Assembly: GCA_027492035.1 (NCBI GenBank)
Contig: JAOZFT010000001.1
Location: 43,458 to 107,457, forward strand
Direction of reading: 5' to 3'
DNA: 64,000 nt
Source: Thermoproteota archaeon
Lineage (GTDB): Archaea; Korarchaeota; JAOZGF01; JAOZFZ01
Part shown: positions 20,005 through 29,671 of the stretch, one piece after another
Numbering within the stretch: position 1 is the first letter of the stretch
How the letters are laid out: every line of letters begins with the position of its first letter
Notes under the pieces: model-generated
What the model was told of the DNA's origin: nothing
Database searches by the model: none
The model's input: the letters and a program-made list of their open reading frames with translations, nothing else
Translations under genes and position numbers: made by a program

Positions 20005-20649
20005 TCACTGCATCCACTTTTTAACAATTGCGACAGTTTCTCTAAACACTTCATCTATTGATTTGTTGCCATCTACAATTTCTAGAATGCCCTTTTCTCG
20101 GTAGTAGTTAATTAGAGGCTCTGTTTTTTTCCTGTACTCCATAATTCTTTTTTTAACTATCTCCTCTTTATCATCTTCCCTTTGAAAAAGTTTACTCCCG
20201 CACTTGTTGCAGATTTCATCCTTTTTAGGTGGATTAAAAAGTAAATGATAAACCATTCCACATTTAGGACATTGTCTTCGATAACTTATCCTTTTAATTA
20301 TTTCTTTTTCGTCAACGTTCAAGTAAATAGCCAAATCAAGTTTTTCAGGTTTAAGAATTTCCTCTAAAGCCTCAGCTTGAACAGTTGTCCTTGGATACCC
20401 ATCTAAAATGAACCCTTCACAATCCCTTCTCCTCAATTTCTTTTTTAGAAGTTCAATAACTATTTTATTTGGCACAAGCAAGCCTTTGTTAAGGTAACTT
20501 TTAACTTTATTGCCTAGTTCACTTTCTTCTCTTGAAACCTCCCTTATTATGTCACCCATAACTATGTGAGGCACACCAAGTAAGGCACTCAATTTTTCTC
20601 CCTGAGTTCCTTTACCTGAACCAGGAGGGCCGAGTAAAACAATTTTCAT
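20005..20649 (-). CDS. adk: adenylate kinase, bacterial type with Zn-LID
   Basis: GPPGSGKGTQ, GFILDGYPRT, CPKC...CNKC and QREDD motifs. Confidence 0.95.
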   Translation of the reverse strand: MKIVLLGPPGSGKGTQGEKLSALLGVPHIVMGDIIREVSREESELGNKVKSYLNKGLLVPNKIVIELLKKKLRRRDCEGFILDGYPRTTVQAEALEEILKPEKLDLAIYLNVDEKEIIKRISYRRQCPKCGMVYHLLFNPPKKDEICNKCGSKLFQREDDKEEIVKKRIMEYRKKTEPLINYYREKGILEIVDGNKSIDEVFRETVAIVKKWMQ

Positions 20650-20691
20650 CTTTAACACCCTCTAAAGTGTTTAGGTTTAAACTTTTTAAAG

Positions 20692-21036
20692 TTACCTTCC
20701 CTTTCCGGTTAAGGTTATACCCAGTGGAACCAGGGCCAAAACAAAAAAGAGAACATGCAACATTTCGTAATATATAGGGTACTTAGCAACTACATAAGCT
20801 GTGAAAGCCACCACATTCAGCAACGAATAAAGGATAAGTATAGCTTCTGAAAAGAAGCGGCTCTTGATTTTTAATGTGAAGGAGAGAAGTAAAGCAATAA
20901 AGAAAGTGAAGACACAGTAAATGTTAATAAGGAAATGGTGGAAGTTCAAGATGTAAAAAGGGGTTGGGGAATAAAGTATAGCTGAAATAAATGCAGAAAC
21001 AACATTTAATGAAACAGATAAACTGTATTTATCCAT
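20692..21036 (-). CDS. small integral membrane protein (about 4 TM)
   Basis: GGAGG RBS; hydrophobic; upstream of adk on the same strand. Confidence 0.65.
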   Translation of the reverse strand: MDKYSLSVSLNVVSAFISAILYSPTPFYILNFHHFLINIYCVFTFFIALLLSFTLKIKSRFFSEAILILYSLLNVVAFTAYVVAKYPIYYEMLHVLFFVLALVPLGITLTGKGR

Positions 21037-21105
21037 TTCCTAAATATTACCTCCACAACAAAAAACAATTTATTTTAAAAGATAGAGCCTACCTCTTCAA
21101 ACGGT

Positions 21106-21126
21106 ACCAATGCTCTTATATATAAA
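21106..21126. promoter_or_regulatory. TATA box in the divergent promoter region
   Basis: CTTATATATAAAG, near-symmetric, between the divergent genes at 21036 and 21213. Confidence 0.45.
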
Positions 21127-21212
21127 GTACCTCCCTTTAAAAGTGAATTGGAAGTCTGGTTTTTAAAGGGATGCAACTTCTTAGTAGGGAGGTGAAGAAG
21201 GGGGGTAAAAAC

Positions 21213-22013
21213 ATGTTTTTTGATTTAACCATCCCAATTGTTATCTTCATTTTCTCTGTTACAATATCCTACATTTATCCTTCATTCGAAAAAAGGGTGG
21301 AGAAATTATTTGCTGGAGAAAGGGAACTATCCTGCAAAGAAATTGCTTTGGTGCTGCTAATAATTTCAATAAATTTAGTTGTTATGTTTTTTCTACCTGA
21401 AAATTTTTTACCTTACTTAATTCTTTTTGCAACATGTGTATTTCTTTTTTCGGCGTTCTATATCCTCACAAACAAGGAGGCAATCTCTGTTGCACTTGTA
21501 ATCTTCTTTTTAGCCTCTTATTTCTTCCTGAAGGGGAACATTATAACCTTTAACATGTTCAGCTTTATAATAGCTTTTTCAGCTTCACTAATGTTTAACA
21601 CTCTCTTTACTTGGCGGACTGTTTGGTTATTTTTAACCGTATTAACAAGTTTAGATGTTTTTTTTGTATTCTGCACAAACATAATGGTTACTGTAGCTGA
21701 AAGAGCGTTAGAGTTATCTCTTCCACTACTTATAAAATTACCTTCCTTCCCCCTTTTCCTGAACCGAACAATAGGTTTAGGTTTAGGAGATTTACTTGTG
21801 GCTTCTTTGATTGCAGTCCAAACAGCTAAAGAGATAAACAAGAAAGCTGGGTTAATGAGCAGTATAGGTATGTCTTTAAGCACTGTAGTTATGGGGATTG
21901 TGTTGTTAAACTTTAAATCCGCTTTACCAGCAACAGTGTTTCTTTACAGTGGAGGAGCGCTGGTTGCTGTAATTTATTATTTAAAAGGGAAAATGGAGGA
22001 AGGGAGAGTTTAA
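21213..22013 (+). CDS. signal-peptide-peptidase-like GxGD intramembrane aspartyl protease (A22B-like)
   Basis: LDVFFVFCTNIMVTVA, GLGLGD and LPATVFL motifs; multi-TM; ATG after a GGGGGT RBS. Confidence 0.85.
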   Translation: MFFDLTIPIVIFIFSVTISYIYPSFEKRVEKLFAGERELSCKEIALVLLIISINLVVMFFLPENFLPYLILFATCVFLFSAFYILTNKEAISVALVIFFLASYFFLKGNIITFNMFSFIIAFSASLMFNTLFTWRTVWLFLTVLTSLDVFFVFCTNIMVTVAERALELSLPLLIKLPSFPLFLNRTIGLGLGDLLVASLIAVQTAKEINKKAGLMSSIGMSLSTVVMGIVLLNFKSALPATVFLYSGGALVAVIYYLKGKMEEGRV

Positions 22014-22738
22014 ACTTTAACTCCTTTGACAAGAAAGAAGAGAAAAAGCCTCGACTTCACAATCTCCGGCTTAAAATAGACTGTAAAAAATTTGAGAAAA
22101 GTTTTAAAGTTCCACATTTCTTGAAAAGTAGCATAAAATAAACTCCATGGAGAAACATCTCTAAAATTCATCGAAATAAATTTGCTTATCGCCGGTACTA
22201 AATATCGAATGTATAAGGAGGAAAGTGGGGTTATGCATTCATTAAGAGGCTTAAAAACATCCAAAATAACTACGGTTCCGTTTTCTTTCAGAACTCTATG
22301 TATTGCTTGCAGTACACGTAGCTTATTCAATGAATCCCTGAAACTGTAAGAAGCGAAGACAACATCGAAAGAACTGTTTGGGAAAGGAAGTTCCTCAAAG
22401 AAACCCTTAATAAACTTTTTATTCACACCTTTATAGGGTAAAAGCTTATTCTTAGCTTCTTTAAGCATTCTATCTGAAGCGTCTAAACAGAAAAGTTCCC
22501 CTCTCCCCAGTTTCTTTGCAATAATTACTGATGAAACGCCTGGGCCGCAACCTAAGTCTAAAACTTTGAAACCAGGTTGAATACCGGCTAGTTCAACTGC
22601 TTGTTTACGCATTCGAGGGCCTAAACCAAAAGAAATAACTTTGTTAACTTTTTCATAGTGAGGAATCGCTTTTTCAAGACAACCAATTACTTCTTCAATG
22701 CTGAAACCGTGTTTTTCATGTTTTCTCTGCAACTGCAA
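22010..22738 (-). CDS. class I SAM methyltransferase, UbiE/MenG family
   Basis: YEKVNKVISFG, VLDLGCGPG and LPFPNSSFD motifs. Confidence 0.85.
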   Translation of the reverse strand: MQLQRKHEKHGFSIEEVIGCLEKAIPHYEKVNKVISFGLGPRMRKQAVELAGIQPGFKVLDLGCGPGVSSVIIAKKLGRGELFCLDASDRMLKEAKNKLLPYKGVNKKFIKGFFEELPFPNSSFDVVFASYSFRDSLNKLRVLQAIHRVLKENGTVVILDVFKPLNECITPLSSLYIRYLVPAISKFISMNFRDVSPWSLFYATFQEMWNFKTFLKFFTVYFKPEIVKSRLFLFFLVKGVKV

Positions 22739-23078
22739 ACGTTCCCCCCTTAGTTAAGCCTTCAACTAAAAAGTAAACACCTAAAGCTGAAATAATGAAA
22801 CTGAGAATAATTGTGATTTTCCAGAGGTAAATAAAAAGAGTGAGAATCAAGGAAAAGGCTCCACCTGATAAAAGAATTAGGATCTTACCTCTCAAAAAGT
22901 TTTTCTCTTTACTGCCAAAGTTAAGAAATGAAACAGTTAAAGCTGAAAGTAGACCTGTTAAAACATAAACCGGTTTATCTTCGTTACTTATCCAAAGAAA
23001 AAGGGAGGAAACCCAGAAAACAAGGAAAAATCCTCCAAGCCAAGTTTCAAACCATTCCTCTTCACTTAACCCGCCCAT
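22716..23078 (-). CDS. small membrane protein (about 4 TM)
   Basis: Hydrophobic ORF inside the larB-methyltransferase run, overlapping the next start. Confidence 0.65.
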   Translation of the reverse strand: MGGLSEEEWFETWLGGFFLVFWVSSLFLWISNEDKPVYVLTGLLSALTVSFLNFGSKEKNFLRGKILILLSGGAFSLILTLFIYLWKITIILSFIISALGVYFLVEGLTKGGTFAVAEKT

Positions 23079-23110
23079 TTCTGAAACACCAATTCAATAG
23101 GTAAAGTAAC

Positions 23111-23869
23111 TTATTTTCTGGCGATTAAAGCAGCTATAACTCCTGCATTCACTCCATTATCGATGTTAACCACAGCTACGCCTAAAGAACATGACTGAAG
23201 CATTGTAGATAAAGCTGCTTCACCTTTCCCTCTGAAACCGTAACCAACACTTGTAGGTAAACCTATCACAGGTACATCAACCAAACTAGCTACAACAGAC
23301 GGCAGAGCCCCTTCCATTCCCGCTGCAGCAACTATTACATGAACTCCCTCCTTCACCATTTCCTTCAATGCTGAGAGCAACCTGAAAAAACTAGAGAGCC
23401 CTACATCATACTTTTTAATTGTTTCACATCCCATTTCTTCTGCAACCACTCTTGCTTCTTCAGCGGCTTTTATGTCAGCTGTTCCAGCAGCTAAAACACC
23501 AACTTTCCCCCTCTTTTCAACTTTAAAGTCTCCATGTTTAATAACTAGGATTTCTGCTTCTTCAAAAAAGGAGGAGAGATAAGGTTTATGTATCTCTTTC
23601 ATTATTTCTTCAGCTTTATCTCTGCCTAAACCCGAGACAATCAAGTGTTTTTTCACTTTAATTGTTTCAAGAATTATTTTTTTTAAATGACGCCACTTTT
23701 TAGGTTTAGCAAAAATCACTTCCGGTTTGTTCACCCTTTTCTCTCTTGAAACGTCAATTACAGCTAATTCCTCTATTTCCTTGACAGCGTTTAGTTTTAG
23801 TAATTTCTCGGCTTCATGAACTCCTATTTCTCCATTCTTAAATTTCTTCAAAATTTCTCGCAGATACAT
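23111..23869 (-). CDS. larB: nickel-pincer cofactor biosynthesis protein LarB
   Basis: PEVIFA, AGTAD, AGMEGALPS, PTSVGYG, MLQSC and NIDNG motifs. Confidence 0.93.
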   Translation of the reverse strand: MYLREILKKFKNGEIGVHEAEKLLKLNAVKEIEELAVIDVSREKRVNKPEVIFAKPKKWRHLKKIILETIKVKKHLIVSGLGRDKAEEIMKEIHKPYLSSFFEEAEILVIKHGDFKVEKRGKVGVLAAGTADIKAAEEARVVAEEMGCETIKKYDVGLSSFFRLLSALKEMVKEGVHVIVAAAGMEGALPSVVASLVDVPVIGLPTSVGYGFRGKGEAALSTMLQSCSLGVAVVNIDNGVNAGVIAALIARK

Positions 23870-23888
23870 CCCCCTAAGTTCCCCTGAT

Positions 23889-25166
23889 TCATTTCTTACC
23901 TTTAAAGAGACTTAATTCTCCATTAAACTCCTCCACTAATTTTTTGTAAACTAAAATTTTTATGTTGAGGATTGAAGTGTTCATTTTTTCAGCTAACCTT
24001 TTCAGATCTTCGAATTCAGGTTTAACTCTAACTACTTCCCCCCTTTCATTCCTTGCAACTTTCACCCTTACTTCAGCTTCAACCCCTTTAAAATTTATTT
24101 TTAATTTTAAAGTGTCCCTCCTTAATACAAACCTTTCACAGGATGAAACTCTTACACCTAGGGTACCTGTTTCCCGCATTATCAGTTCAGAGAAATAAGC
24201 AGCTTTATCCTCTTCAACAACAGCCTTTAAAACGTAGCCAGGCCTGTTTTTCTTGGTTAACATCGGAAGTAAACAAAGATCAAGCAACCCCTCCCTCGAA
24301 ACCTTCCTAAACAAGTTACCAAGCACTTCACCAGAAACATCATCTATGTTAGTTTCCAATAGCACCTTTCTGTCAACAAATAAAGACCTTATTTCCTCCC
24401 CAAAAATAATCCTTAAAACATTCGGCACCTCCTCAAAGTCCATTTGTCCAGCTCCATACCCCACCTTAAAGGGTTTAATTAATGGATAAGAAGGTGAAAC
24501 CTTTTCAACTAAATTGACAAGGATAGATGCACCTGTCGGGGTGGCTAATTCACGTTGAACAAATCCACCATGAAAAGGGTAATTCCTACTTGTCAATATT
24601 TCAACTGTTGCAGGGGCTGGGACAGGGTAGATCCCATGATGAACCTTTACTGAGCCTCTGCCGACAGCTACAGGTGTACCGAACACCTTACCTTCTAAAA
24701 TATTTAAGTCATCTAAAGCTGTGAAAGTTCCTACAATATCTAAAACCGTGTCAACGCCTCCCATTTCATGCAGCTCAACTTCACCCATTTTTTTGCCATG
24801 AACAATTGACTCAGCCTCAAGTAAGGTTTTTAAGGTTTCAACAGCTAAAACTTTCGCTTTACCAGATAAATTTGCTTCATCCAATGCTTCTTTAACCTTT
24901 CCAACCATTTCAATTCCTTTACTTCCCTCCCCTTCCTCTTCCAGGATTTTGATACTTAATTTCTTAGCCTTGATCCCCTTCTTATCTGTTTTTTCAACAT
25001 TAATCTTTACTTTTTGACACTCTTTAAACAAGGAAGCTGTGTTCTTCATAGCTTCAATAACCTTTCCTTCATCAGCTCCAAGGTCTAGTAAAGCTGAAAT
25101 AAACATATCTCCTGACACACCGGCTAAGCTGCAGTCTACAATTGTTAAATATTTTTTAGTCAGCAA
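23889..25166 (-). CDS. larC: nickel insertase LarC
   Basis: GVSGDM, HEMGGVD, HGIYPVPAPAT, TPTGA, ETNIDD, KKNRPG, ETGTLGVR and KPEFED; single unbroken ORF. Confidence 0.93.
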   Translation of the reverse strand: MLTKKYLTIVDCSLAGVSGDMFISALLDLGADEGKVIEAMKNTASLFKECQKVKINVEKTDKKGIKAKKLSIKILEEEGEGSKGIEMVGKVKEALDEANLSGKAKVLAVETLKTLLEAESIVHGKKMGEVELHEMGGVDTVLDIVGTFTALDDLNILEGKVFGTPVAVGRGSVKVHHGIYPVPAPATVEILTSRNYPFHGGFVQRELATPTGASILVNLVEKVSPSYPLIKPFKVGYGAGQMDFEEVPNVLRIIFGEEIRSLFVDRKVLLETNIDDVSGEVLGNLFRKVSREGLLDLCLLPMLTKKNRPGYVLKAVVEEDKAAYFSELIMRETGTLGVRVSSCERFVLRRDTLKLKINFKGVEAEVRVKVARNERGEVVRVKPEFEDLKRLAEKMNTSILNIKILVYKKLVEEFNGELSLFKGKK

Positions 25167-25196
25167 TTTCCCGTTTATCCCCCTACATATTATATT

Positions 25197-25385
25197 TCAT
25201 AAAGGTTTTAGGTATATTTTATGGTTTAAGAAGTTTATATGACTTATTTCAGCCTTCAAAACCTTTTTGTTGTTTAAAATATCTTGAATATATACTTTCC
25301 CATTTTCTACTTTCAAAAAAACACAGTCATCCATTAATTTTTTTTCTACACCGTTCTCTTCTAAGAAAACCTTCGATTGACACAT
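25197..25385 (-). CDS. cooT: CooT family nickel-binding protein
   Basis: MCQSKVFL start with Cys2 and a C-terminal NH motif; GGTGA RBS; adjacent to larC. Confidence 0.8.
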   Translation of the reverse strand: MCQSKVFLEENGVEKKLMDDCVFLKVENGKVYIQDILNNKKVLKAEISHINFLNHKIYLKPL

Positions 25386-25574
25386 TTCAATCACCCGTAA
25401 AAGATAATGAAAAGACATTTCCCTTCTTTATCAACCCTTATTTTAATTTTATTTATTGAAGATTTAAAGGGTACCGGAACAATGCTGAAATTTTCCTTTT
25501 CAAAACTCCATAAAAGTGTTTGCAGCTACTAAGTAAGGAGTCTTCCTCCCAAAAAACACAAAAAGGTTCCCTAA

Positions 25575-26648
25575 TTAATGAAACAAAAACTTATTTGATA
25601 CGTATTTCCCAGTTATGGGGACCCTTTCCCCACATCTCGGGCATTTATTTCCTTTACTTAAATTATACCTCAAAATTTTGACGTTCCACCTTTTTATTAA
25701 CAATTCCCCACAGTTTGGGCAGTAGGTGCTTTCATATTTATGTCCAGGAACGTTTCCAAGGTAAGGAAATTTCACCCCCTCCCTTTTAGCTATTTTGTAA
25801 GCTTTCTCTAAAAACTTGATAGAAGTCGGTGGCTGCTTAAACTTGTAAGCTGGGAAATAACGGGTGAAGTGAAGAGGAGTTTCAGACCCTGCAAACCTTA
25901 AATGTTTCTCAACCAAACCAATTATCTTTTCTTCTTTATCGTTCAAGCCTGTCACAACTAAATGTACAACCTCTACATGTAACCCTTTCCTTTTAGCTTC
26001 CTTAATGTTTCTCCACACAAAATCAACATTCACCCCTCCACAGTATTTTCTATACACCTCCTCATCCCCCTTTACATCTATCTTTATTCCATTTAGGCCG
26101 GAGTCAGCTAACATGTTTAACGCTTCTAAACTCATGTAACCATTTGACACAAACGTGTTATAAAGTTTATTTTCTCTAGCTAGTTTAAATGTTTCAATAG
26201 AGGCCTCAAAAAACAAAGTTGGTTCCTGGAAACTGACACACAAACCTTGATCCCCCCTCAACAATGCTTCCTTCACTATTTCACGTGGAGGCAGGAAAAA
26301 GGCTTTCAGGGGATTAGGAAGTGTAGCTGATAACTGAAAGTTTTGGCACCAAGGACATTTGAAATTGCAGCTCCAAGTGGAAACAGTTAAAGCTTTTGAA
26401 CCAGGCCAAAAGTGAAAGAAAGGTTTTATTTCTATGGGTCTACTTTCAATTACACTTAAGTCTCCGTAAACTAAAGTGTAAAGTTTACCTTCAACGTTTA
26501 CTCTTGTTCCACAAAAACCTGTTTGTTTTTCTTCCAGAACACATTTCCTTTCGCAAAGTAAACATTGAACCTTACTGCTTCTAAGCCTTCTATAAAGCAA
26601 AGCCTCCCTTACTGTAGAGGATTTTCGGAACTGTTCAGGAGTGAACAA
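25575..26648 (-). CDS. AmmeMemoRadiSam-type radical SAM enzyme
   Basis: CLLCERKC, PIEIKPFFHFWPG, CNFKCPWCQN, HFTRYFPAY and TYCPNCG motifs. Confidence 0.88.
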   Translation of the reverse strand: MFTPEQFRKSSTVREALLYRRLRSSKVQCLLCERKCVLEEKQTGFCGTRVNVEGKLYTLVYGDLSVIESRPIEIKPFFHFWPGSKALTVSTWSCNFKCPWCQNFQLSATLPNPLKAFFLPPREIVKEALLRGDQGLCVSFQEPTLFFEASIETFKLARENKLYNTFVSNGYMSLEALNMLADSGLNGIKIDVKGDEEVYRKYCGGVNVDFVWRNIKEAKRKGLHVEVVHLVVTGLNDKEEKIIGLVEKHLRFAGSETPLHFTRYFPAYKFKQPPTSIKFLEKAYKIAKREGVKFPYLGNVPGHKYESTYCPNCGELLIKRWNVKILRYNLSKGNKCPRCGERVPITGKYVSNKFLFH

Positions 26649-26783
26649 ACACAGTAACCCCCTTTAAAACCTGAAAGGATTTGTAGTGAAGAAATTGAAG
26701 CCTCCTAAAAAGGTTGAAAGTATCTCTCACTTATATTTTTCTAAACGAACCCTTTCTAAAAATTTTAAAAGAGGAAACATAGT

Positions 26784-27938
26784 TTAAAAAGTTGTTCCCT
26801 GTTTTTTAGCAGCTTTCTCAAATTCTGACATGTCCCTTAACCCTAAAAGATGCAAATTACCCACATTAACCCTGCTTAAATGTTTTTTAGCGGCTAAATA
26901 ACATTCCACAGCTTGTTCCAAGGGGGTAACGGGTAAATCTCTCATTAAGTACTCTGGATAGAAAATCAGTAAGCTGTAAGGGATGTCTTCATCTATATCC
27001 GCAATAAATTGAGCTATTTTTTCAACCTCTAATTCATCTACATAACCTGGGACAAGCAAGGTAGTTGCGTTTAAAACAGGGTTTCCCTTTCTTTCAAAAT
27101 AAAACTTTTCACCTACCAATTTAAAGTTGGAGTAAGCTTTACTGTTAGAGACGCCACTTAAAGCTAAGCTTAAGTTTGAATCAAAAACCTTCAAATCAAA
27201 TTTAATATTCCCACCACTAACTAACGAAAGTTCAGCAGCTTCTTCAACCAACTTACTATTTCCGCAGCCGTTCCATTCAAAACATACTCTTAAAACTCTG
27301 TCCCTGATTTGTTTCAAAACTTTCCTTGAAACATTTAAGGCGAAAGGAAGCTGAGGCTCAGGTGATCCACCAAAGAAACAAATACAAGTGACTTTACGGT
27401 TTCTGTTCACCACCTCCAGAAATTTTTCAGCTGTAACAAGTCCCCCCCGGCTTAAAATTTTATGTGTCCAGTTTTGACAGAATAAACAATCGAAATTGCA
27501 GCCGTAAAAGAAAACAGCTAAGTTGTAGTACCCGTATTCAGGTCCCTCCTTTACTGCATACTTCGGGAACCCTAAACCCGTAGCTGCTGGACAGTAATAA
27601 GCTGCGCAGCAGTTTGTTACGTGTGGATCTAGATACCAATCCAGTAATCCCTTCTCAGAACTCACCATACTTTCTAACTTGTTTCTTTTATTCTTCCTTA
27701 AACCGCAGAACCCACTTTCTCCATTTGCAATGGAGCAGTAGTTTGAACAAATTGAACATTTAACTCCTTCCCCAAACTTAGGTGGTTTAACCGGTAAACC
27801 ATACTTTACTCTTTCTTTATGAGCTTCCTCAACAAATTTAGAGGCTTCACTCCAGTTGTTTCTGATACAATCTATACAAACTTTCAGTGTTTCCGAAATA
27901 AGGGGGGATTCTCTTCCGCAAATAACGCATCTTTTCAA
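26784..27938 (-). CDS. radical SAM protein (PFL-activase-like) with N-terminal Cys clusters
   Basis: CVICG..CIDC, CSICSNYC, TNCCAAYYCP and CNFDCLFCQN motifs. Confidence 0.88.
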   Translation of the reverse strand: MKRCVICGRESPLISETLKVCIDCIRNNWSEASKFVEEAHKERVKYGLPVKPPKFGEGVKCSICSNYCSIANGESGFCGLRKNKRNKLESMVSSEKGLLDWYLDPHVTNCCAAYYCPAATGLGFPKYAVKEGPEYGYYNLAVFFYGCNFDCLFCQNWTHKILSRGGLVTAEKFLEVVNRNRKVTCICFFGGSPEPQLPFALNVSRKVLKQIRDRVLRVCFEWNGCGNSKLVEEAAELSLVSGGNIKFDLKVFDSNLSLALSGVSNSKAYSNFKLVGEKFYFERKGNPVLNATTLLVPGYVDELEVEKIAQFIADIDEDIPYSLLIFYPEYLMRDLPVTPLEQAVECYLAAKKHLSRVNVGNLHLLGLRDMSEFEKAAKKQGTTF

Positions 27939-28304
27939 GACACCTTCCTCTCTTATCCCTTCTTTACTTTTTCCCCGAAAAATTCATTTTTCCAGTTTAT
28001 ACTTGTAAGGGGGAGGTATAAGGTTTAACATGATCGGTGGCATAGAAGCTATTTTTAAGTAACTATGGATTCTGATAGTTTATAAGAAAGGAGTAATAAA
28101 ACATTTTTATTCTCAGTTAAAGCTTTCTACTTAGTACTTAGCAGTCATTTCCATGGAAAGCATAAACCTTATTTCCTGACCCCCTCCAAATGCTTTATCT
28201 TCCTTAAATTTTCTCTTTCACCCTTAAAATTTTATCAAAAAATTTATCTACCACGCAGGAAAAGGAAAACACTGCTGGAGGGAAATTGTTTCTTGTATTT
28301 TTAG

Positions 28305-29543
28305 TTAATTTATTAAACGTTTTTGTGGAGGGCCCCAGTTAGCTACTATCTCTTCTACTTTAGCCAGAAACTCCTCCTTTTTTTCTGAAGGTATTAAGGC
28401 GCTTGCAGCGTAGTCATGGCCATCAGCTATTCCGTAGCCTTTAACAGCCAAGTTAAGCAGTTCAATAGCTGAAGGCTTAGTCCTTTCCATTATTTCCTTT
28501 TTAAGTTTTGCAGGGATTCTTACTGAAATTTTAAGGTATTCTGTATTTAATTTACCGAAACCTGGTATCTCAGGCTTGAGGGGCATTGTCCCAAAGAGAT
28601 ATTTCCCTTCATTAATTAGTCTTTTCTGGAATGTTAAATATGAACAAAACGTTCCTACCACTTTTGTTCCCATTCCCTCATATACATTCTCGGAGTCGAA
28701 CCATTGAATATGTTTTGTTTGGTTTAACCCTTTTGTGTAAAGTATTGCAAGCATTTTTTTGTTAGCTTCCTTCCTTTCTTGCTCTAATTCCTTTAAAAGT
28801 TCTTTTGTTTCCGAGTTTAAACCTGTTAAGCATGTTTTAACCCCTATTAAGGGCCCGTTTCTATAGTAAGCAACTGGTCCTAGAATTTGAAGGAGAGAAA
28901 AGAGTCTTTTAGCTGTTAAGCCTATTTTTTTAATTTTTATTTTCCCTTTCTCATGCGAAACTACTCCTTTCTCAACAGCTTCCTTTAAAACTTCCAAATT
29001 TACACTTTTTAACCCATTGGGCAGCTCTTGGCTTCCCACCAGCGCTAAATAAGATAAATCAATATTTTCTTTATTCAATGTTTTAGAGAAAAGATACGCG
29101 GAAGTTGCTCCTGAAAAATCTGTTTCACCTTTTAAACCCTTAAATTCTAGGTTTAAGTTATAAACTAGAGGATCTTCACTCTTGACTGGGTTGTGGTGGT
29201 CAAGTATCAAAACTAAGTTTTTAGACTTGTTAAAACGGGATATCATGTCAGCATGAGGGGAACCTATGTCGCAATAGAAAAACACTGCTCCTTTTTTCCT
29301 GTGCAGTTTCTCAACTATTTCAGGTAAAATTTTTTCTATGCAGAGGAGACTTGGTTTAACTCTTTCCCTCTCAAGGGTTTTAAGCATTATGGCGGCTGAA
29401 CATAAGCCATCAGCGTCGTCGTGGTGGATAACAAATACTTCAGGTTTCTTGTTTCCTACTTCCTTGAACTTTTCAGCTGCGTCAGAAAAGAAGGGTTTAA
29501 GATTTCTCAAGCCCATAAACCGCATCTCACTTAAGGAATGCAA
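28305..29543 (-). CDS. DHH-family phosphoesterase (RecJ-like)
   Basis: HHDDADG, CDIG, LDHH and GHDYAA motifs. Confidence 0.88.
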   Translation of the reverse strand: MHSLSEMRFMGLRNLKPFFSDAAEKFKEVGNKKPEVFVIHHDDADGLCSAAIMLKTLERERVKPSLLCIEKILPEIVEKLHRKKGAVFFYCDIGSPHADMISRFNKSKNLVLILDHHNPVKSEDPLVYNLNLEFKGLKGETDFSGATSAYLFSKTLNKENIDLSYLALVGSQELPNGLKSVNLEVLKEAVEKGVVSHEKGKIKIKKIGLTAKRLFSLLQILGPVAYYRNGPLIGVKTCLTGLNSETKELLKELEQERKEANKKMLAILYTKGLNQTKHIQWFDSENVYEGMGTKVVGTFCSYLTFQKRLINEGKYLFGTMPLKPEIPGFGKLNTEYLKISVRIPAKLKKEIMERTKPSAIELLNLAVKGYGIADGHDYAASALIPSEKKEEFLAKVEEIVANWGPPQKRLIN

Positions 29544-29671
29544 TTTAAAAAGTGTAAATTTTAAATTTAAAAATAAATGTTCATAAAAAGGTGTTTCCTT
29601 TAATTACTCCATGGTTAAGGAGGAATGGAAACACTTAAAGAAAGGATTGTTTCTCCGGTATATAAAGGAGA

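Noticed and set aside
23889-25166. Programmed frameshift in larC, as in Lactobacillus larC1/C2
   Set aside because: Both domains are in one continuous ORF here
28021-28075. Possible C/D sRNA (ATGATCG...CTGA)
   Set aside because: Poor box C, no C'/D' pair and no terminal stem
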